A stretch of 64,000 bases of DNA from an uncultured Candidatus Saccharibacteria bacterium (GCA_964558365.1 CAZLCC010000010.1:5361-69360); one strand, 5' to 3'; positions 38,606-47,971 are shown, numbered from the stretch's first letter. The notes: generated by a model from the sequence alone, not told the origin. Numbers and translations are program-made.

Positions 38606-38983
38606 TCAGGGAATTCCAATCGCCAGCACTTTGCTGTGATCGCAGCAAAGTATGACTGACTCTAGGTTAGGGAAGACCTCTTTCAGCTCAGTGTATTCAC
38701 CATTCTTGAAAGTATCTCCCAGTGGCAAATTGATGTTGACCACTGCCACCTGAACATTTTCGGGCTTCTCCTTGGTTGTGGCAGCAAAGACTTTCCCGGC
38801 AGTCTCGAAGGCTTTGCTGCCCGCACCCAAGAGATACTGAACCAGTGTTGCCTGTGGTTCGTCCTCTCCTTTCAGGAAGGCTGCCTTCACATGGCTAGCT
38901 TTCACATGGCGCTGTGCTTCAGAGAGCACTCGTCCATTGAGGACGTCAGCGGCACCGAGAACAACGACTCCTGGCATCTGCAT
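38606..38983 (-). CDS. orphan 125-aa protein of unknown family, compositionally foreign
   Basis: Intact ORF with SD GGAGAGGTGA. G/C-ending codon preference, unlike its neighbours. The last codons lie in a 9-bp-stem hairpin (38628-38651). Confidence 0.6.
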   Translation of the reverse strand: MQMPGVVVLGAADVLNGRVLSEAQRHVKASHVKAAFLKGEDEPQATLVQYLLGAGSKAFETAGKVFAATTKEKPENVQVAVVNINLPLGDTFKNGEYTELKEVFPNLESVILCCDHSKVLAIGIP

Positions 38984-39189
38984 ACCGTCACCTCTCCTCA
39001 GGGTCTATATTCTGTCAAAAATCTATTCAAGCATTGCTGCTCAAACTTTTGTTATCTTAATAATAAACAAAGATAATGTCAATCATCGCCACTTAAACTT
39101 ATAATAATTAACCCCTTTCACATCTGAAGATTTGTGCTATAATGGCTAGTTGAATAGTTAATAATAAAGTTTTAAGCGAGAGAAGAAGA

Positions 39190-39621
39190 ATGAGTTTTGC
39201 ATTAATTCAAAAGGTAAATAATGCCCAGAAAAAGGCGAAAGTAGTTGACGTTCGTACCGGTGACACCGTGCGTGTGCACCAAAAAATTAAAGAAGGCAAT
39301 AAAGAGCGCGTTCAGGTGTTTGAAGGCGTAGTATTGCGTACTGACCGCAAGAATTCGCACACTAGCCGTATCACAGTTCGTAAAGTTGCAAGCGGTATTG
39401 GTGTTGAAAAGAGCTTTTTACTCCACAGCCCATTGGTTGAAAAAGTTGAAGTAACAAAACGAAGTAAAGTTCGCCGCAAGTATCTTAGCTTTCTCCGCGC
39501 ACGAAGCGGAAAAAGCGCTCGTCTTAAGGCAGTTGATTTTGATAAAAAGGCGGTGAATGATGTAAGCGTTCCTGAGCCAAAAGAGCAGCCAAAGGAAGAA
39601 AAGGCTGAAGACAAGAAGTAA
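39190..39621 (+). CDS. rplS: 50S ribosomal protein L19 with K/E-rich C-terminal extension
   Basis: GDTVRVHQKIKEGNKERVQVFEGVV L19 signature. TGTGCTATAAT extended -10 upstream. Confidence 0.95.
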   Translation: MSFALIQKVNNAQKKAKVVDVRTGDTVRVHQKIKEGNKERVQVFEGVVLRTDRKNSHTSRITVRKVASGIGVEKSFLLHSPLVEKVEVTKRSKVRRKYLSFLRARSGKSARLKAVDFDKKAVNDVSVPEPKEQPKEEKAEDKK

Positions 39622-39643
39622 AGCTTTATAAATCTAAAGTCTA

Positions 39644-39673
39644 AAATACTCCGCTAAAAACGGAGTATTTTTT
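39644..39673 (+). terminator. rho-independent terminator of rplS
   Basis: 10-bp stem AAATACTCCG/CGGAGTATTT with a 7-nt loop, running into a T-tract. Confidence 0.75.
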
Positions 39674-39687
39674 ATATACTAAAAAGT

Positions 39688-40593
39688 ATGATTGTTGGAA
39701 TTGATGAAGTTGGGCGTGGTGCATGGGCTGGGCCATTGGTGGTTGGAGCGGTGGCTCTTGGCGGTAATGAGATTGAGGGCTTAACAGATAGCAAAAAGCT
39801 TACAGCTAAAAAGCGACAAACGCTTTCTGGCATTATTCGTGAGGCCACGCCACATATTGGGTTAGGTTGGGTCTCGGCGCAAACGATTGACAAAATTGGG
39901 CTTTCAACGGCACTTAAGGTGGCTGCTAGAAAAGCGCTTGATGAAATTAAAGCAGAATATGATGAGATTATTATTGACGGCACCATTAAGTTGATCGATG
40001 ATCCGCGAGTGTCGACGCTAAAGCAGGCGGATTTGTTGGTACCTAGCGTTTCAGCGGCTTCAATCATTGCAAAAGTGGCAAGAGATTATTATATGCAAAA
40101 AATCTCGGCTGATTATCCTGAGTATGGCTTTGAAAAGCATGTTGGTTATGGCACGAAATTCCACCGCGATGCAATCGCAAAACATGGATCAAGCGATCTA
40201 CATAGAATGAGTTTTTCGCCCATGAATGAAATTGTGGCATCGCCAAAACCAGCAAATAAAAGTATTGGGCAAATAGCTGAAGATGAAGCGGCAAAATATT
40301 TGCAGAATAAGGGCTATAAAATTATTGATAGAAATTGGAAAACGAAATATTGTGAGATTGATATTATTGCCAAGAAAGATAACGTTATTTATTTTGTTGA
40401 AGTGAAATACCGCAGACAAGAAAATCAAGGCGGTGGTATCGCGGCAATTACGCCCAAGAAACTAAAGCAAATGCAATTTGCCGCTACTTTATGGCAAGCG
40501 AATCACTCGCAAATTAGGGAAGATGTGCAACTTGCAGCACTTAGTATGAAAAGTGAGCTACCAAAAGTAGAAAGCTTTTTAAATATTACGTAG
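39688..40593 (+). CDS. rnhB: ribonuclease HII fused to YraN (UPF0102) endonuclease-like domain
   Basis: N-terminal GIDEVGRGAWAGPL, DSKKL and IIIDG RNase HII motifs (aa 1-190). The C-terminal part (from nt ~40267) carries GQIAEDEAAKYLQNKGYKIIDRNWK..CEIDIIA..FVEVKYR, the YraN signature. Confidence 0.85.
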   Translation: MIVGIDEVGRGAWAGPLVVGAVALGGNEIEGLTDSKKLTAKKRQTLSGIIREATPHIGLGWVSAQTIDKIGLSTALKVAARKALDEIKAEYDEIIIDGTIKLIDDPRVSTLKQADLLVPSVSAASIIAKVARDYYMQKISADYPEYGFEKHVGYGTKFHRDAIAKHGSSDLHRMSFSPMNEIVASPKPANKSIGQIAEDEAAKYLQNKGYKIIDRNWKTKYCEIDIIAKKDNVIYFVEVKYRRQENQGGGIAAITPKKLKQMQFAATLWQANHSQIREDVQLAALSMKSELPKVESFLNIT

Positions 40594-43104
40594 CACTGCA
40601 ATAACCTCGGCTTCGTCTTGGCTGAGCCATTCTATTCGCGCAGCGATTTCGCTTTTACCAATAGTAATAGCGCGCTTTAATGATGCATCGCTCATCATTG
40701 GAGTGAAGAACGCGGAATATTCTTCTAGCTGTTCTTTTTTACTCAGAACGCTTCCTAGAATGGTCGGAAATATATCATAGCTTTTGTCGGATCCGTAGGT
40801 CTCTTCGACCCACTTCCAATTTTCTTGTACCCATTGCCAGGTAGTATTGCGGCCATAACGGTTTCTTAGGCAATAAATAAACCAGTGTACAGCATTTTGT
40901 GGTCGAACACGCTTGCTGTCGGTCATAGTTTCTAGCAGGTGCTTAATAGTCTCGGTGCTATTTGTACCAGTGAGGCCAGCAATAATGTCTTCTTGCAGTT
41001 CGCTACTGTGCGTTTCATCGTGCAGATTTAGCAGGTGCTCTACTATTTGTTTTGGATTATCATTATGGCGAACGGCGGCGCTTAGAATGAGCGAACGTAT
41101 TTCGCCATCAATTTTTTCAATGTTATTTTTATGATCATCGTAGACGGCAAGTGCTTGCTTTATGGCATTTTCATCTTCTCCATATATGCTAAGCCCGGCA
41201 ACTGTTGCGCGAAGCTTCGTGTCAGATTCTGGTTCATTTTCTTTTTTCTTCCAGCCGAGTCGTTTAAACTCTTGATGAGCGAGCTTTAGCGCAAGTTTTT
41301 TGAGACCCTGCTCGGCTTTCGTGTCGTTTTCAACAAATATTTTTAGCGTTCCAAAGCTAAAGCCAATCATATCCCAGACAGGCTGAGAAGACTCTTTTTC
41401 GTAGGCTTCTAGAAGCCTAACTAATTCAGCAGAAGCAAGATGCGGTGAGCGCATCAGAAGTGTTGTTTCAAGTAGGAGCCGAAGCCTGTCGACAACGCTA
41501 ATATCTTTATTGCCGACTCGTTGAATCAAACTGGTTCTTGATTCAACGTCGTAGTTGACTATATATTGCGCTTTACCCCCGACATTTAGCTGAAGTGGTG
41601 CCGTTGCTTTAATTGTTAATTCTTTTTCTTTCATAAGCTTAGGAGTAGTTTTATTATTTGCCAAAAGAAGTAGCGGCCATGTTTTTCTTTCATTTGGCTT
41701 TGCGCCAAGTAAAAATTCAGATTGACGCAACGTGTAGCCAGCATCTCTTTTTTCGACGTTTATAACAGGGAAGCCAGATTTTTCGAGCCAAGGAGTAATG
41801 AATGCTGCGGCATCTGGATCAAGCGCTTGCCATAAGTCATTACCCGTAGTGTTCGCGTAGGCGTGCTGTTTAAAATATTTCTTTAGACCATCGCGAAATT
41901 TTTCTTCACCAATATATTCAAGAAGCATTCTAAGCACGGTTGCACCTTTTGCATAGACAATTGCACCGTCAAAAAGCGTTCCAATTTCATCTGGATGGTG
42001 GACCTCGGTTTTGATTGATTGAACGCCAGGATTACTATCTCTTCGTAATGAAGGGAGTGTTTCTGAACTTACAAAATCATCCCAGTGATGCCACTCGGGG
42101 AACAGCGCATCAAGCCCAACAAATTCCATAAGGCTTGCAAAACTTTCGTTAAGCCATAGGTCATCCCACCATTTCATAGTGACGAGATTCCCAAACCATT
42201 GGTGACTTGTTTCGTGAACGATTACTCTTGCGATGCGTTGCCTGGTGCTTACGCCAACGGAATCGTCGGCAATAAGGTAATCTTCGCGGTAGGTAATGAG
42301 ACCCCAATTTTCCATTGCAGCAGATGCGCCGCCACCCATATCTGGCAAAGCGATGTGATCGGCTTTTGGCAAAGGGTATGGAGTTCCAAAATACTCATCA
42401 AAAAAATCAATTGTACGAATTGCGGTATCAAGCGCAAAACGCAAAGATTTCTTAGATTGTGCTGGTGTTGAAAAAATACGAACATCAACATCGCTTCTTG
42501 TTTTTCCTTCAACACAGTGAACCTCTCCTACTGCAAACGCAAGTAGATATGTACTCATTTTCGGGGATTGGTCGAATGTTGTGACGATTTTTTCACCGTC
42601 TTCTATTTGCTTAACGACGGGCATATTACTAAGAGCAGTAACACCAGACTCTGTTTTTAAAGAAAGGTCGAATGTTGCCTTAGCCTCTGGCTCGTCAACG
42701 CAGGGGAACACCTCTCGTGCATGATGGCTTTCAAATTGTGTGGCAAGAAGCTCTTTATTTTTGCCTTTGTGTTTGAAGTAGCAAGGATAGACACCATGAG
42801 CACTATCAGTAATTTTTCCTGAAAAGTGTAGTTCAATTGTATATTTTCCTGGCTCAAGCTCTTCGGGTGTTTTTAATGAAAGCTCATCATTTTCTTTATG
42901 AGATATTTTTGCGTCAAAACTATTTATTGTTGCCTTTTCAATATGTAAGTCTTTTGAATGCAGGATGATATGAGGTGCCTTATGCACCAAAAATCCTTCA
43001 ATAATAGCCGAGCCGCTAAAAGTCCGTTTTTCTCTTTCAAGATCTAGCGATAACCGGTAGTTTTTTGGTTGGAATTGTTCATAGAGTCGAGTAATTGTTT
43101 GCAT
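40579..43104 (-). CDS. pepN: aminopeptidase N (M1 family)
   Basis: GAMEN exopeptidase motif (AAMENWG) and zinc site HETSHQWFGNLVT...WLNESFA. Confidence 0.9.
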   Translation of the reverse strand: MQTITRLYEQFQPKNYRLSLDLEREKRTFSGSAIIEGFLVHKAPHIILHSKDLHIEKATINSFDAKISHKENDELSLKTPEELEPGKYTIELHFSGKITDSAHGVYPCYFKHKGKNKELLATQFESHHAREVFPCVDEPEAKATFDLSLKTESGVTALSNMPVVKQIEDGEKIVTTFDQSPKMSTYLLAFAVGEVHCVEGKTRSDVDVRIFSTPAQSKKSLRFALDTAIRTIDFFDEYFGTPYPLPKADHIALPDMGGGASAAMENWGLITYREDYLIADDSVGVSTRQRIARVIVHETSHQWFGNLVTMKWWDDLWLNESFASLMEFVGLDALFPEWHHWDDFVSSETLPSLRRDSNPGVQSIKTEVHHPDEIGTLFDGAIVYAKGATVLRMLLEYIGEEKFRDGLKKYFKQHAYANTTGNDLWQALDPDAAAFITPWLEKSGFPVINVEKRDAGYTLRQSEFLLGAKPNERKTWPLLLLANNKTTPKLMKEKELTIKATAPLQLNVGGKAQYIVNYDVESRTSLIQRVGNKDISVVDRLRLLLETTLLMRSPHLASAELVRLLEAYEKESSQPVWDMIGFSFGTLKIFVENDTKAEQGLKKLALKLAHQEFKRLGWKKKENEPESDTKLRATVAGLSIYGEDENAIKQALAVYDDHKNNIEKIDGEIRSLILSAAVRHNDNPKQIVEHLLNLHDETHSSELQEDIIAGLTGTNSTETIKHLLETMTDSKRVRPQNAVHWFIYCLRNRYGRNTTWQWVQENWKWVEETYGSDKSYDIFPTILGSVLSKKEQLEEYSAFFTPMMSDASLKRAITIGKSEIAARIEWLSQDEAEVIAVLRNI

Positions 43105-43122
43105 TATTTCATTCTAGCACTC

Positions 43123-43151
43123 TTGCAAAAAAACTGCAGAGGAGCTATAGT
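43123..43151 (+). promoter_or_regulatory. putative sigma-70-type promoter of nusA
   Basis: TTGCAA, 17 nt, then TATAGT, read directly from the sequence. Confidence 0.5.
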
Positions 43152-43165
43152 AAAAGAGTACTTAT

Positions 43166-43191
43166 CCGGCCGCCTGAGGTCGGGTTTTTTT
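43166..43191 (+). terminator. intrinsic terminator-like hairpin in the nusA leader (candidate attenuator)
   Basis: CCGGCC/GGTCGG stem (one G-U pair) with a 6-nt loop, followed by 7 T. Lies between the predicted promoter and the nusA SD. Confidence 0.55.
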
Positions 43192-43218
43192 ATAAGAAAA
43201 TCTAAGGAGATATGAAAT

Positions 43219-44346
43219 ATGAGTAGTGATATTAATGTAAAGCAATTAGCACTTGCAGTGCGAACAATTGCTGAAGAGAAAAACTTGCCAGAAGACACAG
43301 TTTTAGAGGTGATTGAGCAGGCGGTTGCCGCTGCATGGCGACGCGATCATGGTGAGCGTGAACAAGAAGTTCGTGCTGAAATGAATGTAAATACTGGCGA
43401 TACGAAAGTTTTTGTTAGTAAAGAAGTTGTTGAAGAGGTAGCTAATAAAGCAACTGAAATTAGTTTAGCTGATGCTAAAAAATTGAAAAAAGATGCTGAG
43501 ATTGGCGACATAGTTGAGCAAAGTGAAGTTGCAACAACATTTGGTCGTGTGGCTGCGCAAACTGCAAAGCAAGTTGTGCTGCAACGTCTTCGCGAAGCTG
43601 AGCGTGAAGTTGTGCTTGATGAATATGCAGATAAAATTGGCACGGTTATTACAGGCACTGTGCAACGCGTAGAAGCACGCTTGGTGCGTGTAGAGCTTGG
43701 TAAAGCAAGCGGTATTTTACCGGCAAGTGAGCAAATTCCTGGCGAGTATTATTCTCCTGGAACAAGAATTAAAGTGTATCTTAAGGAAGTTGAGCGTGGA
43801 AATCGTGGTCCGCAATTAGTGTTAAGCCGTGCAAATGAACAGTTTGTTGAGCATTTATTCCGCCAAGAAGTTCCTGAAATGGAGACTGGCGCAGTTGAAA
43901 TTAAGGCAATTGCTCGTGAAGCAGGTAAGCGTACGAAACTAGCAGTTGCGTCAACTGTCCCAGGCGTGGATCCAGTTGGTACGTTTGTTGGTGGGCACGG
44001 AACGCGTGTGCAGGCAGTCATGAATGAGATTGGCGAGCAAGAAAAGATCGATATCATTACCTTTGATGAGGATCCTGCAGTGTTTATTACAAATGCAATT
44101 AGCCCAGCTGAAGTGGTAGAAATTAAGATTGAAAAAGGCGAAGAAAAGCGAGCAAAAGTAATCGTCAATGAAGACCAGCAATCAATTGCTATTGGGCGTG
44201 GTGGCCAGAATGTTCGCTTAGCAAGCAAGCTAACGGGTTACGAGCTTGATATCGAAACAGCACAAGCAAAGCTAACGGAAAAGAAACCACGAAAAAACAT
44301 CGAAGATTCATTGCTCAGCGCAGTAGAAGAAACAACTGAAGAATAA
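43219..44346 (+). CDS. nusA: transcription termination/antitermination factor NusA
   Basis: N-terminal domain, S1 domain (GTVITGTVQRV) and two KH domains (GxxG: IGRGGQNVRLA). Confidence 0.95.
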   Translation: MSSDINVKQLALAVRTIAEEKNLPEDTVLEVIEQAVAAAWRRDHGEREQEVRAEMNVNTGDTKVFVSKEVVEEVANKATEISLADAKKLKKDAEIGDIVEQSEVATTFGRVAAQTAKQVVLQRLREAEREVVLDEYADKIGTVITGTVQRVEARLVRVELGKASGILPASEQIPGEYYSPGTRIKVYLKEVERGNRGPQLVLSRANEQFVEHLFRQEVPEMETGAVEIKAIAREAGKRTKLAVASTVPGVDPVGTFVGGHGTRVQAVMNEIGEQEKIDIITFDEDPAVFITNAISPAEVVEIKIEKGEEKRAKVIVNEDQQSIAIGRGGQNVRLASKLTGYELDIETAQAKLTEKKPRKNIEDSLLSAVEETTEE

Positions 44347-44366
44347 AATTAGTAGCAGAAACTAAA

Positions 44367-44393
44367 TTAGCACTCTTGACTAACGAGTGCTAA
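44367..44393. promoter_or_regulatory. CIRCE operator (HrcA binding site)
   Basis: TTAGCACTC-N9-GAGTGCTAA is an exact match to the CIRCE consensus. It overlaps the -35 box and spacer of the clpC promoter. Confidence 0.85.
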
Positions 44394-44404
44394 TTTTCTA
44401 TACT
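44376..44404 (+). promoter_or_regulatory. putative promoter of clpC
   Basis: TTGACT, 17 nt, then TATACT. Confidence 0.55.
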
Positions 44405-44459
44405 ATTAAATAGGTAAAAGTCTTATACAAAAATCATTTTGGAGGTAGTATAGAAACAT

Positions 44460-46934
44460 ATGATGCCTGAAAGTTTTGCAGAATTTGTCGATCGTTTAAC
44501 CGACAACGCGCGCGGAAGTTTACAGCATGCCGAGGCAATTGCAAGAAGCCTAGGTAGCGCATATGTTGGCACAGAACACCTTCTTTTGGGCGTATTAAGT
44601 CAAGATACTTCAGTTGGCGCAAAACTTCTTTCAGATTCTGGCGTAACGCTGCAGCGCGCGCGGTTAGCGCTGAATTTAACCCCAAGAACACTTGTGGTGA
44701 GTACGGGAGCGAAAGGTTTAAGTGAAACAGCAAAGCTAACACTTAAAATGAGTTGGGATGTAGCGCAAGATTTTCATCAAGATTTTTGCGGCACCGAGCA
44801 TATTCTTTATAGTATTTTAAGCCAAAAAAACGCTCGAGCAACAGTACTCTTAAGAGATATGAATATAAATGTTCCAGATCTCTTAAGCGGACTCGAAGAT
44901 TATTTAAATCATCAGCAACGTTCTTTTGATGCGCTTGGTGAAGGGATTGGTAACTTAAAAACAAAGCGAGGTCGTAGTGGTGCGCTTGATACGTATGGAG
45001 TTGACTTAACAGCGCAGGCCCGAGCTGGAGAGCTAGACCCGGTGATTGGCCGCAATGATCAGATTGAGCGACTCGTAACTGTTTTAACGCGCCGAACAAA
45101 GAATAACCCAGTGCTTATTGGTGAGCCTGGGGTAGGGAAGACGGCGATTGTTGAGGGGTTGGCAACACGGATTGCCAAGGAGCAAGTGCCAGAGCATCTT
45201 TTAGATAAAAGAGTAGTTCAGCTTGATCTTGCAGGTATGATTGCTGGCACAAAATATCGGGGTGAATTTGAAGAGCGACTTAAAAAAGTTGTTGCCGAGC
45301 TAACTGAAAACGATCACAATATCGTCTTTATTGATGAGCTTCATTTGTTGGTGGGTGCAGGTGCGGCAGAAGGTGCAATGGATGCAGCGAATATCTTAAA
45401 ACCAGCATTGGCACGTGGTAAATTACGACTTATTGGCGCAACAACACTCGACGAATATCGAAAACATATTGAAAAAGACGCAGCTTTAGATCGACGCTTG
45501 CAATCAATTATTGTGCCAGAGCCAAGCCTGAAAGACACGGTAGATATCCTTAAAGGGCTGCGCCATCATTATGAAACGCATCACAATGTATCTCTTCCAG
45601 ATGATGTAATTGAAGATGCGGTAAAACTAGCCGACAGATATGTTACCGAGCGTTTTATGCCAGACAAAGCAATTGACGTAATTGATGAAGCGGCTTCAAA
45701 AGTTCGAGTAGCACGCGGCACTCAGCCCTCAAAGCTTCGCGATTATAAACGAGAAATTCGCGGTCTCAATGAAAAGATGGAAGACGCAGTGAATGCGGAA
45801 GATTATGAACGTGCTGCGCTATATAAAACGCGCATTAGCCAGATTTCGCAACGGGTTGAAAAGCTTGAAAAAGAAACGCGTAAACAGTCGCAAGTAGTGC
45901 TTAGCACTGATGACATTGCTGCTGCGGTTGCCACAATGACGGGTATTCCAGTGCGCCAAGTTGTCAAATCCGAAGCGAAGCTTTTAAGGAACTTAGAAAA
46001 ACATCTTGGCAAGAATATTATTGGACAAAAAGAGGCGATTGCAAAAGTTTCACGAGCGGTCAGAAGGAGTCGTTCGGGAATTGCCCATGCAAAGCGACCG
46101 ATCGGCTCTTTTATTTTTATGGGTCCAACTGGTGTTGGTAAAACAGAGCTTGCAAAAGTGCTTGCCCGCGAAGTATTTGGCTCTGAAGAAGCGCTTATCA
46201 AAATTGATATGAGCGAATTTAGTGAACGCCATACGGCAAGCCGACTTGTTGGCGCACCGGCTGGATATGTTGGCTATGATGACGGCGGGCAGCTAACTGA
46301 TAAAATTCGCCGCCAACCATATAGTGTTGTACTGTTTGATGAAATTGAAAAGGCGCATCCAGATGTCTTTCAGCTCTTACTTCAGCTTCTTGAAGATGGA
46401 AAGATGACAGATGCAAAAGGCAGAAGTGTTAGCTTTAGTAATACGATTATTATTTTAACGAGCAACTTAGGTGCCGAGCGCATGCAAAAAGAGGTGACAC
46501 TTGGATTCAAGGCTGTAAATAAAAATGACAAGAAGAAGCTTGAAGATTTGCATGAAGAAAACGCAGAAGCAGCCAAAGAGGCTTTGGGCGATATGATGCG
46601 GCCAGAGCTTATTAATCGTTTTGATAGCATTGTGGTATTCCACGCTTTGACTCGGCAAAATGTGAGCAAGATATTTGATCTTCAAATTCACGAGCTTCAA
46701 GAGCGCTTAATGGATAAAGGTCTTAGGATTGTTGTAAGCTCAAGTGCTAAGCGGTGGCTGCTTGACAGAGGCTATGATGTGCGAAATGGTGTGCGACCTC
46801 TCAGACGAGTTATTCAAGATGAGCTTGAACATACAATTGCAGACGGGCTGCTAAAAGGCGACTTTAGAAAAGGCGATGTTTTACGGGCGCACATTAAGCA
46901 GGGGCAATTAAGTGTTGAGGTCGGAGCAGAATAA
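44460..46934 (+). CDS. clpC: ATP-dependent Clp protease ATP-binding subunit ClpC
   Basis: Duplicated Clp_N repeats and two AAA+ modules ([16 protein letters not shown]). Short linker with a UVR-like motif ([10 protein letters not shown]). LGF ClpP-docking loop. Confidence 0.9.
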   Translation: MMPESFAEFVDRLTDNARGSLQHAEAIARSLGSAYVGTEHLLLGVLSQDTSVGAKLLSDSGVTLQRARLALNLTPRTLVVSTGAKGLSETAKLTLKMSWDVAQDFHQDFCGTEHILYSILSQKNARATVLLRDMNINVPDLLSGLEDYLNHQQRSFDALGEGIGNLKTKRGRSGALDTYGVDLTAQARAGELDPVIGRNDQIERLVTVLTRRTKNNPVLIGEPGVGKTAIVEGLATRIAKEQVPEHLLDKRVVQLDLAGMIAGTKYRGEFEERLKKVVAELTENDHNIVFIDELHLLVGAGAAEGAMDAANILKPALARGKLRLIGATTLDEYRKHIEKDAALDRRLQSIIVPEPSLKDTVDILKGLRHHYETHHNVSLPDDVIEDAVKLADRYVTERFMPDKAIDVIDEAASKVRVARGTQPSKLRDYKREIRGLNEKMEDAVNAEDYERAALYKTRISQISQRVEKLEKETRKQSQVVLSTDDIAAAVATMTGIPVRQVVKSEAKLLRNLEKHLGKNIIGQKEAIAKVSRAVRRSRSGIAHAKRPIGSFIFMGPTGVGKTELAKVLAREVFGSEEALIKIDMSEFSERHTASRLVGAPAGYVGYDDGGQLTDKIRRQPYSVVLFDEIEKAHPDVFQLLLQLLEDGKMTDAKGRSVSFSNTIIILTSNLGAERMQKEVTLGFKAVNKNDKKKLEDLHEENAEAAKEALGDMMRPELINRFDSIVVFHALTRQNVSKIFDLQIHELQERLMDKGLRIVVSSSAKRWLLDRGYDVRNGVRPLRRVIQDELEHTIADGLLKGDFRKGDVLRAHIKQGQLSVEVGAE

Positions 46935-46937
46935 AGC

Positions 46938-47924
46938 ATGAAGAGTTGGTTTGGGCGTTTTATTGCGCTTGCAGTCACAGTTGCTATATTCAGCGGCGTC
47001 ACCTGGGCATTATTCAATTGGCAAAACTTAGTTGATCGCTTCGTTGCTTCAACATATCAACCAAGTAGTGAAATGCAACAGATCGTTGATACGCTGCAAC
47101 TTACAGATGAAGGAAAATTTTATTTTTTTGCTGCCCAACCAGCTTTGAACGATCGTAAAGATTTTAATAATAATTGCAGCCACAGAGACAAAGAAAGTAT
47201 TATTTTAGGCTGCTACGTGCCAATGCAGCATATTTTTATTTTTGATATTGATGACGAAAGACTGACTGGTGTTAAAGAGGTAACATCCGCACACGAAATG
47301 CTGCACGTTGCGTATGATAGGCTTTCAGCTTCGGAAAAGGATGAAGTAAACAAGCTGCTTGAAAGTGAACTTTCATCCATTACTAATGAAGGCTTGCAGG
47401 AAAGATTGGCTGTATATGAAAGAACAGAGCCTGGCGAGAAATTTAACGAGCTTCATTCAATTATCGGCACAGAAATTGCTTCAATAAACCCTGAGCTTGA
47501 AGAGTATTACAAGCAATATTTTGAGGATCGAAAAGCAATTGCTCAGATGGCAAATCGCTATGAGCAGTTATTTAATGAATTGCAGCAACAACAGGAAGGG
47601 CTGGCAGCAGAGGTTGACGCGCTTGCTGTTGAGCTCAATCAGCGTGTGAGCAATTACAATGCGGAAATCGACTCGCTAAACAGTGATATTTCTGACTTTA
47701 ACCAAAAAGCTCGCTCGGGTTATTTTGAAGGTGAAGCTTCATTTAATATTGCAAGAAGTGAGCTGATCACAAGGCAAGATCAACTAGAAAATGAGCGTAG
47801 TGCAATTGAAGGGTTAGAGCAGCGGTATGAGCAAAAGCGCTCACAACTTGAAGCACTCAACAGTGAAGCAGAAAGCTTGAATAAAACCATCGACAGCCGT
47901 CTTGAGCCAGTGCCATCCATTTAA
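46938..47924 (+). CDS. membrane-anchored protein with HExxH motif and long coiled coil, hypothetical
   Basis: N-terminal TM helix, TSAHEMLHVAYD (HExxH), and a Q/E-rich heptad-like C-terminal half. Confidence 0.55.
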   Translation: MKSWFGRFIALAVTVAIFSGVTWALFNWQNLVDRFVASTYQPSSEMQQIVDTLQLTDEGKFYFFAAQPALNDRKDFNNNCSHRDKESIILGCYVPMQHIFIFDIDDERLTGVKEVTSAHEMLHVAYDRLSASEKDEVNKLLESELSSITNEGLQERLAVYERTEPGEKFNELHSIIGTEIASINPELEEYYKQYFEDRKAIAQMANRYEQLFNELQQQQEGLAAEVDALAVELNQRVSNYNAEIDSLNSDISDFNQKARSGYFEGEASFNIARSELITRQDQLENERSAIEGLEQRYEQKRSQLEALNSEAESLNKTIDSRLEPVPSI

Positions 47925-47971
47925 ACGCTTGTGGTATACTTGAGCTAAAGTAGATAGGACGAAAACGAAAC

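Larger units (their letters stand above)
38545..39016. mobile_element. candidate inverted-repeat-bounded G+C-rich cassette (MITE-like / passenger module)
   Basis: Terminal inverted repeats at 38545-38561 and 38999-39016, with 11 identical outer bases plus a shared CCCTG. Composition and codon usage differ visibly from the flanks. No transposase is present. Confidence 0.35.

Noticed and set aside
38606-38983. Orphan ORF as an IS200/IS605-type TnpA or other transposase, given the flanking hairpins and repeats
   Set aside because: There is no HUH motif, catalytic tyrosine context or DDE-like pattern, and IS200-type elements lack terminal inverted repeats. I also considered it being a spurious ORF inside an RNA gene. 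That is unlikely, because 125 stop-free codons with a strong SD are improbable by chance.
43166-43191. The hairpin plus T-run as the terminator of pepN
   Set aside because: pepN is transcribed away from this site, since its start codon is at 43104 on the minus strand. On the minus strand the T-run would precede the stem.
43749-44228. 159-aa antisense ORF inside nusA, with similar long antisense ORFs such as 59552-60052 in typA, 6309-6722 in pheT and 15032-15424 in rpiB
   Set aside because: They lie wholly within well-supported genes on the opposite strand. They have low-complexity S/A/P/T-rich translations typical of shadow frames and lack SDs or promoters.
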